Part shown: piece by piece, positions 1 through 8,367 of the stretch
How the letters are laid out: each line of letters opens with the position of its first letter
Position numbering within the stretch: position 1 is the stretch's first letter
Source: a virus
Taxonomy: Duplodnaviria > Caudoviricetes
IMG/VR virus record: IMGVR_UViG_3300029448_000047
Span: 1-56,246 of that record
DNA length: 56,246 nucleotides
Strand: one strand, 5' to 3'
Program-made: the position numbers and the translations under genes
Notes under the pieces: generated by a model
Database searches by the model: none
What the model was told of the DNA's origin: nothing
Seen by the model: only the letters and a program-made list of their open reading frames with translations

Positions 1-25
1 ATTAGATTATGGGAGGCTATGGACG

Positions 26-403
26 ATGGCGATTATTAGACCGGATCAATACGTTGAGTTGTACTCTGAGTTAGCAGAGTTAATGATGACGTACCTTAAT
101 GCTAACGCTCTGACACCTGAAGAACTTCTGATTTATCAGGAAGAAAACGGGGACATTCGTTACACTGAGTTAGGTCAGCAACAGTTTGAAGAATGCGTTG
201 ATGATGTTGAGGCTGTTTTGACGGCGAACAATATCATCAAGGTGTCTGATGTTGAGTACAACGTTTTGCAAGTTGCTCTTGATCACATGATTGAGCATCA
301 GGAAGGCATTCAGTCGGATGATGTGCCATGCGATGATGCTGAGTGGGATGACATTTGCAAGAGGTTGCAAGCCGCCAAGAAATTGAAGGCGTTGTTTTCA
401 TGA
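26..403 (+). CDS. Hypothetical acidic early protein
   Basis: 125-aa ORF, GGGAGG SD upstream, stop overlaps next ATG (ATGA at 400-403). Confidence 0.75.
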   Translation: MAIIRPDQYVELYSELAELMMTYLNANALTPEELLIYQEENGDIRYTELGQQQFEECVDDVEAVLTANNIIKVSDVEYNVLQVALDHMIEHQEGIQSDDVPCDDAEWDDICKRLQAAKKLKALFS

Positions 404-1431
404 GTGCGTATTACAATGAGATAGATCCGTTTGCCGCTGATTGGCTCCGCAACTTAATTGGTGCGGGGTTAATTGCGGATGGTGTAGTGGACGAGAGGAG
501 CATCAGTGATGTCAGACCAGAGGAACTTTTTGAATTTACTCAGTGCCACTTCTTCGCAGGAATTGGCGTCTGGAGCCACGCACTCAGGGGTGCGGGATGG
601 GACGATGACCGGCCGGTCTGGACGGGATCCTGTCCGTGCCAGCCTTTCAGCGGGGCAGGCAAGAGAGCGGGGATTGCTGACAAGCGGCACTTATTCCCAG
701 ACTGGTTCCACCTCATCCGCGAGTGCCGCCCTGCAACGGTCTTTGGAGAACAGGTTGCGAGTAAAGACGGCCTTGGTTGGATCGACCTTGTACAAGCTGA
801 CATGGAAGGAGAGGGCTACGCCTTTGCACCGTTCGATCTCTGTGCTGCGGGGTTCGGTGCGCCGCACATCAGGCAACGTTTATGGTTCGTGGCCCACTCC
901 GACCACACGGGATCACAAGGGCGGGTATCAGGGTGGACGCATTCGGAACGGCAAGATCAGCACGGACACATTGGATGTGACGGCACAGTTGACGGGATGG
1001 ACAACGCCGGCGGCATCGGACGGGACGCGGGGCGGCACGGGAATTACGGCGGGGATGTCCGGATCGAGTTTGACGCAACTGTCGAAGATGGTGGTTCGCG
1101 GATGGCCGACCCCGAATGCGACCAACAACGGTCGGGGCGAGGGACCGGACGCGAAGGTCAAGCGGGGGATGAATGCGGGGTTGAACCCAGCGGACGCGGC
1201 GAGGCTAGCGGGATGGGATCATTACGGGGCGAGGCTAACGGCATCTGGGGAGATGTTGATTGGCTCTTCTGCAAAGATGCCAAGTGGAGGCCAGTTGAAC
1301 CCAGCACATTCCCGCTGGCTAATGGGATTGCCGGCCGCGTGGGACGATGCCGCGCCTACGGGAACGCGATTGTCTCGGAAGTCGCGCAAGGATTAATCAG
1401 TAGTTTTATAGAAGGAGAGAGAGATGACTGA
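400..1431 (+). CDS. DNA (cytosine-5) methyltransferase, alpha polypeptide
   Basis: Motif I FFAGIG, motif [11 protein letters not shown], motif VI-like GEQV, motif [15 protein letters not shown], motif X RAYGNAIV; start taken at ATG 400, coupled to the upstream stop. Confidence 0.92.
   Translation: MSAYYNEIDPFAADWLRNLIGAGLIADGVVDERSISDVRPEELFEFTQCHFFAGIGVWSHALRGAGWDDDRPVWTGSCPCQPFSGAGKRAGIADKRHLFPDWFHLIRECRPATVFGEQVASKDGLGWIDLVQADMEGEGYAFAPFDLCAAGFGAPHIRQRLWFVAHSDHTGSQGRVSGWTHSERQDQHGHIGCDGTVDGMDNAGGIGRDAGRHGNYGGDVRIEFDATVEDGGSRMADPECDQQRSGRGTGREGQAGDECGVEPSGRGEASGMGSLRGEANGIWGDVDWLFCKDAKWRPVEPSTFPLANGIAGRVGRCRAYGNAIVSEVAQGLISSFIEGERDD
509..1396 (+). CDS. Alternative-frame methyltransferase beta polypeptide (motif IX plus putative target-recognition modules)
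   Basis: 295-aa ORF nested in the +1 frame of the MTase; AGGAG (496-500) 8 nt before ATG 509; three WPTP/WTTP modules; C-terminal [13 protein letters not shown] resembles motif IX, which the alpha frame lacks. Confidence 0.75.
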   Translation: MSDQRNFLNLLSATSSQELASGATHSGVRDGTMTGRSGRDPVRASLSAGQARERGLLTSGTYSQTGSTSSASAALQRSLENRLRVKTALVGSTLYKLTWKERATPLHRSISVLRGSVRRTSGNVYGSWPTPTTRDHKGGYQGGRIRNGKISTDTLDVTAQLTGWTTPAASDGTRGGTGITAGMSGSSLTQLSKMVVRGWPTPNATNNGRGEGPDAKVKRGMNAGLNPADAARLAGWDHYGARLTASGEMLIGSSAKMPSGGQLNPAHSRWLMGLPAAWDDAAPTGTRLSRKSRKD

Positions 1432-1654
1432 GTACAAGAAGAAGATGATTGAGTTGAACCATGCGGCCTATCAGGCCGTGGGTTCATGCCCTCACAAGCG
1501 GCCGCATCCTACGGCTGAGGCGTTGATAAGGATTGCACGGGAGATTGACGATTTAATCGATGATGAAACATGGGGCAGGGACAACATGCCGCCTGATGAG
1601 TGGACCGCTGCGGGTGGATTGAAGGCATTTTGTAAACAGCAAGGAGAGAAGTAA
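1424..1654 (+). CDS. Hypothetical protein
   Basis: AAGGAG SD, overlaps both neighbours. Confidence 0.7.
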   Translation: MTEYKKKMIELNHAAYQAVGSCPHKRPHPTAEALIRIAREIDDLIDDETWGRDNMPPDEWTAAGGLKAFCKQQGEK

Positions 1655-2106
1655 TGGGATTAGATGCATATTTAATTGCGGAGCGGAACAACACTACAAC
1701 GAGTGTTGTGAAGGGAAAGTATGAGGCTGTTGACCGGCCAACGGAAGCGGTCGGTCACGTAAAGACGGGGGACGCAGAGTTGCGTCCTTCTGAGGTTTGC
1801 TGGCCTATTGCCTTGGTCCGGTTGGAGATTCAGTACTGGCGCAAGCATTGGGATTTGCATGAGTTAATTAACCAGAGCTATGCAAGCCCTGATGAGTACA
1901 ACTGCAATCCGATGAAGGTGTATTTATCTCCGGAGAATTTGCGGGAGATTGCGGCTAAGATCCGCGATGATTTAACGGAGGACGCAGACCCTCGGTATCG
2001 TCACCATACAGAAAGGGAGGAGTACGCTAAGAAGTTTGATTTAGCGGCTGATTGGATTGAGTTCGATCAGTGGAACAGATCGGTTTATTATCGGGGAGAT
2101 TTCTGA
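1654..2106 (+). CDS. Phage hypothetical protein (MGLDAY...YWRKH type)
   Basis: AGGAG SD; MGLD start and YWRK motif recalled from a common phage early family. Confidence 0.75.
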   Translation: MGLDAYLIAERNNTTTSVVKGKYEAVDRPTEAVGHVKTGDAELRPSEVCWPIALVRLEIQYWRKHWDLHELINQSYASPDEYNCNPMKVYLSPENLREIAAKIRDDLTEDADPRYRHHTEREEYAKKFDLAADWIEFDQWNRSVYYRGDF

Positions 2107-2288
2107 TGCTTGATTACACTTGGGGCGCAAGCACCGTTGCTACTAAGTACGTGCATCAACGGTTGCATGAGGTTTTGGACATGAAGGATAATGACTCTAT
2201 GTGCATAGCGTTGTCTCAGTTTTATGCTGAGTTAGCGGAAAACTATTACAAGGACACGGGTCAAAGGATTGGTGATCCGCATGATTGA
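2106..2288 (+). CDS. Hypothetical protein
   Basis: TGATG coupling with upstream gene, GGGGAG SD. Confidence 0.6.
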   Translation: MLDYTWGASTVATKYVHQRLHEVLDMKDNDSMCIALSQFYAELAENYYKDTGQRIGDPHD

Positions 2289-2448
2289 GTGTCCGGAGTG
2301 CAGTTACACTGGTCACAAGGGCATGGTTGAGAAGACCTTGTACCAGAGGTTTGGCGAAACGTTAGAGCCGGTAGCTGAGTGGGTTGCTTGTGAGAATTGT
2401 GATGGTTCAGGAGAGATCGATGTTGATCAAGAAGAAGACGCTTGTTGA
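2281..2448 (+). CDS. Small zinc-finger protein (CPEC...CENCDGSG, DnaJ-type)
   Basis: Translated by hand: MIECPECSYTGHKG...VACENCDGSGEID; below the ORF-track cutoff. Confidence 0.75.
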   Translation: MIECPECSYTGHKGMVEKTLYQRFGETLEPVAEWVACENCDGSGEIDVDQEEDAC

Positions 2449-2562
2449 GAGTGAGAAAACAGACAAGAAGCTTGAAAGTCAAAAGAGAAAGGCCAAGCAA
2501 GCATCATCCTTGCGTTATCGCAAGGGTGTTAAGGTTAGTTTGTCAAAGGAGCCTTGGAAGAA

Positions 2563-2808
2563 ATGAGTACGCATAGCGTTAAATCGAAGTCGCGGCATCC
2601 AGGGGCGCCGAGAGAACAGTTTCAAGTTGATCACATTACGTTTGAATTATCTGACACGACTTATGCGTTGGTCGCGGGTGAGGCTGTTTTTGCCAAAGAC
2701 CGGAAGCCGTTGTTTACTGGTTTGATTACCAAGGGCATTGCGGTTCAACTGCGCCAGCTTGCAAATGAGTTTGATAAAAGGGAAGAGTCTTTGATCGACA
2801 GATTGTGA
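2563..2808 (+). CDS. Hypothetical protein
   Basis: ORF with AAGGAG upstream. Confidence 0.65.
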   Translation: MSTHSVKSKSRHPGAPREQFQVDHITFELSDTTYALVAGEAVFAKDRKPLFTGLITKGIAVQLRQLANEFDKREESLIDRL

Positions 2809-2811
2809 TGG

Positions 2812-2883
2812 TGAGAGGCGGCGGCGGAGTTATTCGAGCAAACTGAGCGCAGGTAAGGTTTCAGTTGAATAAGCCGCCTCTCA
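2812..2883 (-). ncRNA. Candidate hairpin small RNA / structured intergenic element
   Basis: Stems 2812-2822/2873-2883 (11 bp), 2830-2835/2867-2872, 2841-2846/2861-2866; minus-strand TG-n-TATACT at 2889-2897 just upstream. Confidence 0.45.
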
Positions 2884-2910
2884 TAAAAAGTATATCAAAG
2901 GACGCAGAGA

Positions 2911-3732
2911 ATGCCAGAGTATTTATTGCCCGAAGGCAATGTTTTAATAAGTTTTTCGGGGGGCAGGACCAGTGGGTATATGCTTCACAAGATCTTAGAA
3001 GAGAACGGCGGGTTGCCTGATCGGTGCAAGGTTGTTTTTGCCAACACTGGTCGCGAGATGCCTCAGACATTAGACTTTGTGCACGAGTGTGGTAATCGGT
3101 GGAACGTGCCGATCAAGTGGTTGGAGTACGACCGGATTGATAACAAGGTTACGTTTAAAGAGGTGAGTCACAACTCCGCTGCGCGAAACGGTGAGCCGTT
3201 CGAGACACTGTTATACAAACCTTATTTGCCCAACGCAGTGGCTAGATTTTGCACGGCAGAGTTAAAGGTACGGACGATCAAGCGTTACCTGGTGTCGCAA
3301 AAATGGAAGCATTGGAACTCTGGTATTGGCATTCGTGCTGACGAGCCCCGCAGAATTAATCGTGGGGACAGCAAAGATCGGTGGGTGTTTTGGTATCCGC
3401 TGGCTGATGCGGGAGCAACCAAGGCTACGGTCATGGATTTCTGGAAGCAACAGCCTTTTGATTTGAGATTGTTTGGTCCGAATGGTGTGACGGCGAAGGG
3501 CAACTGTGATGGTTGTTTCTTAAAGAGCGAGGCTACTTTGGCGATGATGTGGCGAGAGCATCCGGATCGTATGGAGTGGTGGTCGGCAATGGAGAAGAAG
3601 ATAGGGGGGACATTTCACAAGCGCAGAAGTTATGACGATGTTGGTAATTTTGTAAAACGGCAGGGCGATTGGATCTTTAATGAAGAGGTAGGCGCCCTTT
3701 GCCAAGAAGATGATGGAGAATGTACGGGATGA
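2911..3732 (+). CDS. PAPS reductase (PP-loop) family protein
   Basis: ISFSGGRTS PP-loop, FANTG, GIRADE, NCDGCF cysteine motif. Confidence 0.85.
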   Translation: MPEYLLPEGNVLISFSGGRTSGYMLHKILEENGGLPDRCKVVFANTGREMPQTLDFVHECGNRWNVPIKWLEYDRIDNKVTFKEVSHNSAARNGEPFETLLYKPYLPNAVARFCTAELKVRTIKRYLVSQKWKHWNSGIGIRADEPRRINRGDSKDRWVFWYPLADAGATKATVMDFWKQQPFDLRLFGPNGVTAKGNCDGCFLKSEATLAMMWREHPDRMEWWSAMEKKIGGTFHKRRSYDDVGNFVKRQGDWIFNEEVGALCQEDDGECTG

Positions 3733-3911
3733 CACTTTATCACCCAGCAAAAGAAGCAGAACTAAAATATTTGCGGCGCATGGTAGATGTTCTTGAGCCC
3801 GAAGCGTACAAGACGGACGCGACACAAGATGCAAAGAACAAACTGTACCACGCACGATTAGAATTAAAGCAGTATGTAAATAAACTAAGACAAGAAGGAT
3901 ATAGAATATGA
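3729..3911 (+). CDS. Hypothetical protein
   Basis: ATGA overlap with the upstream stop. Confidence 0.65.
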   Translation: MTLYHPAKEAELKYLRRMVDVLEPEAYKTDATQDAKNKLYHARLELKQYVNKLRQEGYRI

Positions 3912-4348
3912 TAGTAGATACCAAGCGGGTATTGGTTGAAGAGTTGACCTACTCGGGCAGTGCCTTTGGGGTACTGGCTAATGGCGAGGGGGTGTTTATT
4001 AACTCTCGCATTGTAGACAAGATGGAACTCAGCCCTGGCACTGCGGTTCACGCGCAGATTTTGCCTAACTTTTCTGATAAGCGGGAACAGATTCCATGGC
4101 GCGTGGTTAATATTCAGGCGGAAACGGCGGATCAATTGCAGCCAACTCAAAAGCCAGAGCCAGAGGTTAATGACCATGAGGATGATATAGACGTAAAGAT
4201 CTTTGATGTTTTGGAAGAGGCGGGAAGGCCATTGACCATGCGTGAGATTTTCGACGCTACTGATTTGCATTTACCTGACATACGCGCATCGCTGCACCGG
4301 CAACGTGAGTTGGTGTCCAAGGTAGAAGTTTTCTTTGTATCTAAATAG
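3908..4348 (+). CDS. Hypothetical protein, possible cold-shock/OB-like domain plus winged HTH
   Basis: FGVLANGEGVFI (RNP-like) N-terminus; LEEAGRPLTMREIFDAT helical C-terminus. Confidence 0.55.
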   Translation: MIVDTKRVLVEELTYSGSAFGVLANGEGVFINSRIVDKMELSPGTAVHAQILPNFSDKREQIPWRVVNIQAETADQLQPTQKPEPEVNDHEDDIDVKIFDVLEEAGRPLTMREIFDATDLHLPDIRASLHRQRELVSKVEVFFVSK

Positions 4349-4360
4349 AGAGGTGTTGAT

Positions 4361-4525
4361 ATGATTAACAGGGAAGAATACAGTGTATTAATTTCAGAGT
4401 TAAAGGCTGCTAACTCTGAAATAGAAAGGCTGCAAGCAGAGAACAAAGAGTTGCGGGAACAAAGCAAGACCGATGAGATTATTAAGTTACTAAAGGCATC
4501 AGGTTCGGGAGATGCCAAACAATGA
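4361..4525 (+). CDS. Small coiled-coil protein
   Basis: Translated by hand (MINREEYSVLISELKAANSEIERLQAENKEL...); GAGGT SD. Confidence 0.6.
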   Translation: MINREEYSVLISELKAANSEIERLQAENKELREQSKTDEIIKLLKASGSGDAKQ

Positions 4526-4713
4526 CTAGTGTGTGTCCTCATTACATTGTGGAAAGGTTGGATGATATATCCAAGAAGATTGAGGAGGACATTAAGTTAA
4601 ACCCTAATGCTGATATATTTTCTGACGTTATGGTCGAGGATTTACGGCATGAGATTATTTTTAAGATGGGCGTTGATGCCCACAATGCATGGAAGAAAAA
4701 TAAAAAAGGATAG
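4522..4713 (+). CDS. Hypothetical protein
   Basis: ATGA coupling; last + gene before the convergent operon. Confidence 0.6.
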   Translation: MTSVCPHYIVERLDDISKKIEEDIKLNPNADIFSDVMVEDLRHEIIFKMGVDAHNAWKKNKKG

Positions 4714-4718
4714 TAATT

Positions 4719-4862
4719 CTATCTGTCAATTGGTAACTTATCCGTCCGAAATATCTCAGCCTTTTGTTTCAGTATAAGTTCTCGTTGACGTTCAAGTTCC
4801 TCAAACTGCCGGTCGATTTCCGACAGCTTGGGGAACTCTACAATTTTACTTTCTTGGTTCAT
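4719..4862 (-). CDS. Small hypothetical protein
   Basis: Translated by hand: MNQESKIVEFPKLSEIDRQFEELERQRE..., 47 aa; fills the gap downstream of the SNF2 operon. Confidence 0.55.
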   Translation of the reverse strand: MNQESKIVEFPKLSEIDRQFEELERQRELILKQKAEIFRTDKLPIDR

Positions 4863-5121
4863 TGGACTTGCCAATCTTGGACTTTCTTAAATGCTCTGGT
4901 TCTTTTGAGTAGCCTCTGATCTGGGTAACGTTGTTACCGTTCATAGATTTAAGCAACGCCTTTGATACATCTAGGTCCAACCCTGTTTGCTTGGATATAA
5001 CTTGGGCTCCACTATCGATTGTTCGCAACTGGCGTTTCTTATCCACCATGGTTTCAACCATGGCATCTACCATTTCTTTAGCTACTTCTTTTGCCTGTAG
5101 TTCTAAGTAAGTTTTAGCCAT
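4846..5121 (-). CDS. Hypothetical protein
   Basis: AGGAG upstream; overlaps the helicase 3' end. Confidence 0.7.
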   Translation of the reverse strand: MAKTYLELQAKEVAKEMVDAMVETMVDKKRQLRTIDSGAQVISKQTGLDLDVSKALLKSMNGNNVTQIRGYSKEPEHLRKSKIGKSNEPRK

Positions 5122-6557
5122 TCTCTTGCTTTCTCTCCTAATACTAATGCGCCTATGTTGATCTTGTTTCTAAGTGCTTCAACGATACGTTCGTCTATTG
5201 TGCCTTCTGAGATCAGATCAATATAGGTCACGGGGTTTTTCTGCCCGATGCGGTGAGCCCGGTCTTCACTTTGGATCCGTGTTTCCAAGTTGAAGTCATT
5301 GGCATAGTATACCACAAGGTTGGCCTCGGTCAAAGTTAGGCCGTAACCAGCGGTAGCTGGGTTGCCCACAAAGTATTTCAGTGGGTGGTTGGGGTCTTGA
5401 AAGTTCTGCACGATAGCCAGACGCTCATTGTCCGGAGTGTCTCCAAAGTATGCCGCTGCGGACTCAGGTCCAAACTCTTTGTTCAGCATTGCAACGATAG
5501 ACTTGATGTCATGGCGGAACCGCGACCAGACAATTGCTTTGCCATCGTGTTCTGACATTATTTCTTTGAGTGCGTCTGTTCTTTTGGTTGGAAAGTACTC
5601 GATGTCTCCCTCATCTGTCTTGATATGGCCTGACAGGATCTGTTGTAGGCGCAAAAGCTGTGTAATAACTGCGGGTGCGCTGACCAATTCACCATTGTTT
5701 AGTAGAACCATGGCCTGTCGAGAGATATCGTTGTACATTTTGGTTTGTTCTGGCGTCAGTTGTACATACCTGACGGTGTATGTCTTGTCTGGCAGGTCTA
5801 GGCATTCCTTTTTAAGAACACGGTAGCTGAAGGAACTGATTCGTTCTGTTAGTTCATCCAGATATCGATAGCCTACGATCTGAGTAAACGATCTGGCGCC
5901 CATCTTCTGTTGTCTGGTTATCGCATACCGGCCTTGGAAAGCCCAATACGAATCACCTAGCATACCTCGTTTCAGAAACTCTGCTTGCGAGTAGATGTCG
6001 AGGGGAGACTTGGTGATTGGTGAGCCGGTCAGTAATCTTTTGTATGAGAACCCATCAGATATATCCATGAGTGCTTTGGTTCTTTTGGCCTTGGGGTTTT
6101 TGATGGTGGTGCTTTCATCAATGGCAATCATGCCGTGCTTGCCTAGATGTTTTGACATCCACTTTCCTACACGCTGCCCCTTCGTTGAGGAAAAAGCCTC
6201 CACGTTCATGACAAACACGGTGAGCCCAGCAAAACCTTTTTGTATGGATCGTATTTCTTCTGTTTGTTTTTTGTTTGGCGATGCTACCCAACGAATCATT
6301 CGCAGCGGTACATCATCCGACATGTGTTGAGGTATTTCCTTAGCTACCCAGTTTCGATACACGCCCTTTGGCGCTATCACCAAGGCGAAGTTGATCTTAC
6401 CTTCCAAGAACAACTGTCCCATGTTATCAATGAGAACTTTAGATTTGCCGGTGCCCATTTCCATAAAGAACCCAAAGAAATCTTTCTGTCCAGCAGCATT
6501 CAATGCGGTTCGTTGGTGGTCATACGGTTTCGTTTTGAATTTATAGTTGACTGTCAT
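5103..6557 (-). CDS. SNF2-family (SF2) helicase
   Basis: MEMGTGKS Walker A, DEST, LTGSP, GYGLTL, QSEDRAHRIGQ; start at ATG 6557 behind GGGAGG SD. Confidence 0.93.
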   Translation of the reverse strand: MTVNYKFKTKPYDHQRTALNAAGQKDFFGFFMEMGTGKSKVLIDNMGQLFLEGKINFALVIAPKGVYRNWVAKEIPQHMSDDVPLRMIRWVASPNKKQTEEIRSIQKGFAGLTVFVMNVEAFSSTKGQRVGKWMSKHLGKHGMIAIDESTTIKNPKAKRTKALMDISDGFSYKRLLTGSPITKSPLDIYSQAEFLKRGMLGDSYWAFQGRYAITRQQKMGARSFTQIVGYRYLDELTERISSFSYRVLKKECLDLPDKTYTVRYVQLTPEQTKMYNDISRQAMVLLNNGELVSAPAVITQLLRLQQILSGHIKTDEGDIEYFPTKRTDALKEIMSEHDGKAIVWSRFRHDIKSIVAMLNKEFGPESAAAYFGDTPDNERLAIVQNFQDPNHPLKYFVGNPATAGYGLTLTEANLVVYYANDFNLETRIQSEDRAHRIGQKNPVTYIDLISEGTIDERIVEALRNKINIGALVLGEKAREWLKLT

Positions 6558-6576
6558 AACGTTCCTCCCATATACT
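6547..6576 (+). promoter_or_regulatory. Sigma70-like promoter for the replication operon
   Basis: TTGACT (6547-6552), 18 nt, TATACT (6571-6576). Confidence 0.55.
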
Positions 6577-6578
6577 CC

Positions 6579-6607
6579 AAAATACGGCACAAAAATGGTT
6601 GTGTCAA
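6579..6607 (-). promoter_or_regulatory. Sigma70-like promoter for the SNF2 operon
   Basis: Minus-strand TTGACA (6607-6602), 17 nt, TATTTT (6584-6579). Confidence 0.6.
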
Positions 6608-6633
6608 CTTAACCCTGAAGAGGATGTACTTTA

Positions 6634-7194
6634 ATGGAAGATATATTTGATGACATATTCGACACTAGCCAAGCGTTGGCCGGTGTTGATGCAGAGGTAG
6701 GCAAGAGCCTGTCTCAACTGGTGAAACAGGTCACCCAGCTTGATAAAAAAATCGATGATTGGGAAGGACAGATTAAAATCCTAAAGGATCAGCGTAAGCG
6801 AATCACTCATGACCGCATACCTAGTTTGATGGATGAAATGGGTGTGGAAAAGATAGAAGTAGAGGGCGCCTCGGTTTCTTGTAAGCCTGTAGTACACGCA
6901 TCTATTCCTGTTCCACGCAAAGAAGAAGCATTTGCTTGGCTTAGAGAAAATGGTCTGGACGGTATTATTAAGAACGATGTCGTTGTGACGTTTGGTAAGG
7001 GCGAAGACAACATTGCCGGCAATCTTGTTGGGCAGTTGCAGGAAAAGGGTTTTGATCCGAAGACCAAGACACACATCCACGCTTCAACACTCAAGGCTTT
7101 TGTAAAAGAGCGGGTAACAGCAGGTAAGCACATCGATCTGGACATGTTCGGGGCGTTTGTTTCATCAGCAGCAGAAATTAAGAGGAAAGCATAA
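6634..7194 (+). CDS. Phage replication-operon protein (coiled-coil N-terminus)
   Basis: 186-aa ORF with GAGG SD; AFAWLRENG and IHASTLKAFVKE motifs recalled from phage replication clusters. Confidence 0.75.
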   Translation: MEDIFDDIFDTSQALAGVDAEVGKSLSQLVKQVTQLDKKIDDWEGQIKILKDQRKRITHDRIPSLMDEMGVEKIEVEGASVSCKPVVHASIPVPRKEEAFAWLRENGLDGIIKNDVVVTFGKGEDNIAGNLVGQLQEKGFDPKTKTHIHASTLKAFVKERVTAGKHIDLDMFGAFVSSAAEIKRKA

Positions 7195-7499
7195 TGGGTG
7201 CGTATAAGAATAAAATGTTGGAAGAAATGGATGATGAAGATCACACTGATGAGTATGGTGCTTCCATGGACAATGATGATCCGAAATCTCTATGGGACGA
7301 GGAGGATGAATTTGAAGACAACTTGATCGAAAAGCAGATTGAAGACGAACTTCAAACTCTCGTAGAACTTGAGGCTGATATGAACACGGTTCAGAAGGCT
7401 GCATACGCGCACCTGTCAGAGGGAAAGACGATGGTAAAGGAGCGTATTCTTCTGATCAAAAGTATCATGAGTAACTATAAATATGAGGGGGAAAAGTAA
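7194..7499 (+). CDS. Highly acidic hypothetical protein
   Basis: TAATG coupling on both sides; roughly 29 of 101 residues are D/E. Confidence 0.7.
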   Translation: MGAYKNKMLEEMDDEDHTDEYGASMDNDDPKSLWDEEDEFEDNLIEKQIEDELQTLVELEADMNTVQKAAYAHLSEGKTMVKERILLIKSIMSNYKYEGEK

Positions 7500-8311
7500 T
7501 GGGTAACGCAGTAGCTAATAAAAAAAATGCAGAGTTAAGCACAGATGTTCTTGACGATATCTTTGAAACCGCAGGTGAAGGCTCCTCGTACAGTAGTGAA
7601 GAGATGCAAATCCCTTTTGTTCGGTTGCTCCAGCCTATGAGCCCTCAGATTAACAAGAAAAAGCCTGAGTTTATTGCCGGCGCTGAACAGGGTGATGTTT
7701 TCAACACTGTTACTGGTCAGTATTGGCCCGGTGAAGAAGGTATAAAAGTTATTCCGTGTTATCAAAACACTGAGTACCTAGAGTTTGTACCCAGAGATTT
7801 AGGCGGTGGGTTTAAAGGTAGGGTTCCTCTTGGTGATCCGTTAATTAACCAGACCAAACGCGAGGGAATTAAGGAAATCCTACCCAACGGCAATGAACTG
7901 ATTAAGTCTGATCAACATTACTGTTTGGTTTTAGATGATGACGGTTCCTATCAGCCAGCTATTATTGACATGAAGTCTGCTAGCTTAAAGATCAGCCGAC
8001 AGTGGAAGTCTAAGATTTCTATGCAGAAGGTCCAGCATCCTAAGACAGGACAGGTTGTAAAACCTGCGGTGTTTGCCACAATCTGGCGGTTGCGTTCGGT
8101 TGAGGAAACCAACGATCAAGGTAGTTGGAACAACTGGGCCACGGATCATGTCAGTCTGGTTGAGGATCGTGACCTTCTGATGGCGGCAAAACAATTCCGA
8201 GACTCTATTGTTGCGGGAGAAGTTAAGGCCGCTGCGGATCCCACAGTTAATCCCGAAGGATCTGGCAACGCAACTGGAGCGCCATACAAGGACAATGAAA
8301 TCCCTTTCTAA
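7499..8311 (+). CDS. Putative single-stranded DNA-binding protein
   Basis: Position upstream of primase; acidic C-terminal tail ending DNEIPF, like SSB-Ct. Confidence 0.65.
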   Translation: MGNAVANKKNAELSTDVLDDIFETAGEGSSYSSEEMQIPFVRLLQPMSPQINKKKPEFIAGAEQGDVFNTVTGQYWPGEEGIKVIPCYQNTEYLEFVPRDLGGGFKGRVPLGDPLINQTKREGIKEILPNGNELIKSDQHYCLVLDDDGSYQPAIIDMKSASLKISRQWKSKISMQKVQHPKTGQVVKPAVFATIWRLRSVEETNDQGSWNNWATDHVSLVEDRDLLMAAKQFRDSIVAGEVKAAADPTVNPEGSGNATGAPYKDNEIPF

Positions 8312-8325
8312 AAAAGTGAATAAAG

Positions 8326-8357
8326 AATCGCGCTAGCCGGGTTAGCGCGATTTTTTT
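8326..8357 (+). terminator. Rho-independent terminator between SSB-like and primase genes
   Basis: AATCGCGCTA/TAGCGCGATT stem followed by a T-run. Confidence 0.8.
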
Positions 8358-8367
8358 AGGAGGGATT

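Noticed and set aside
355-399. Longer starts given by the ORF track (355, 6590, 12352, 36710, 38465, 44508)
   Set aside because: Downstream ATGs have better SD sequences or stop-start coupling
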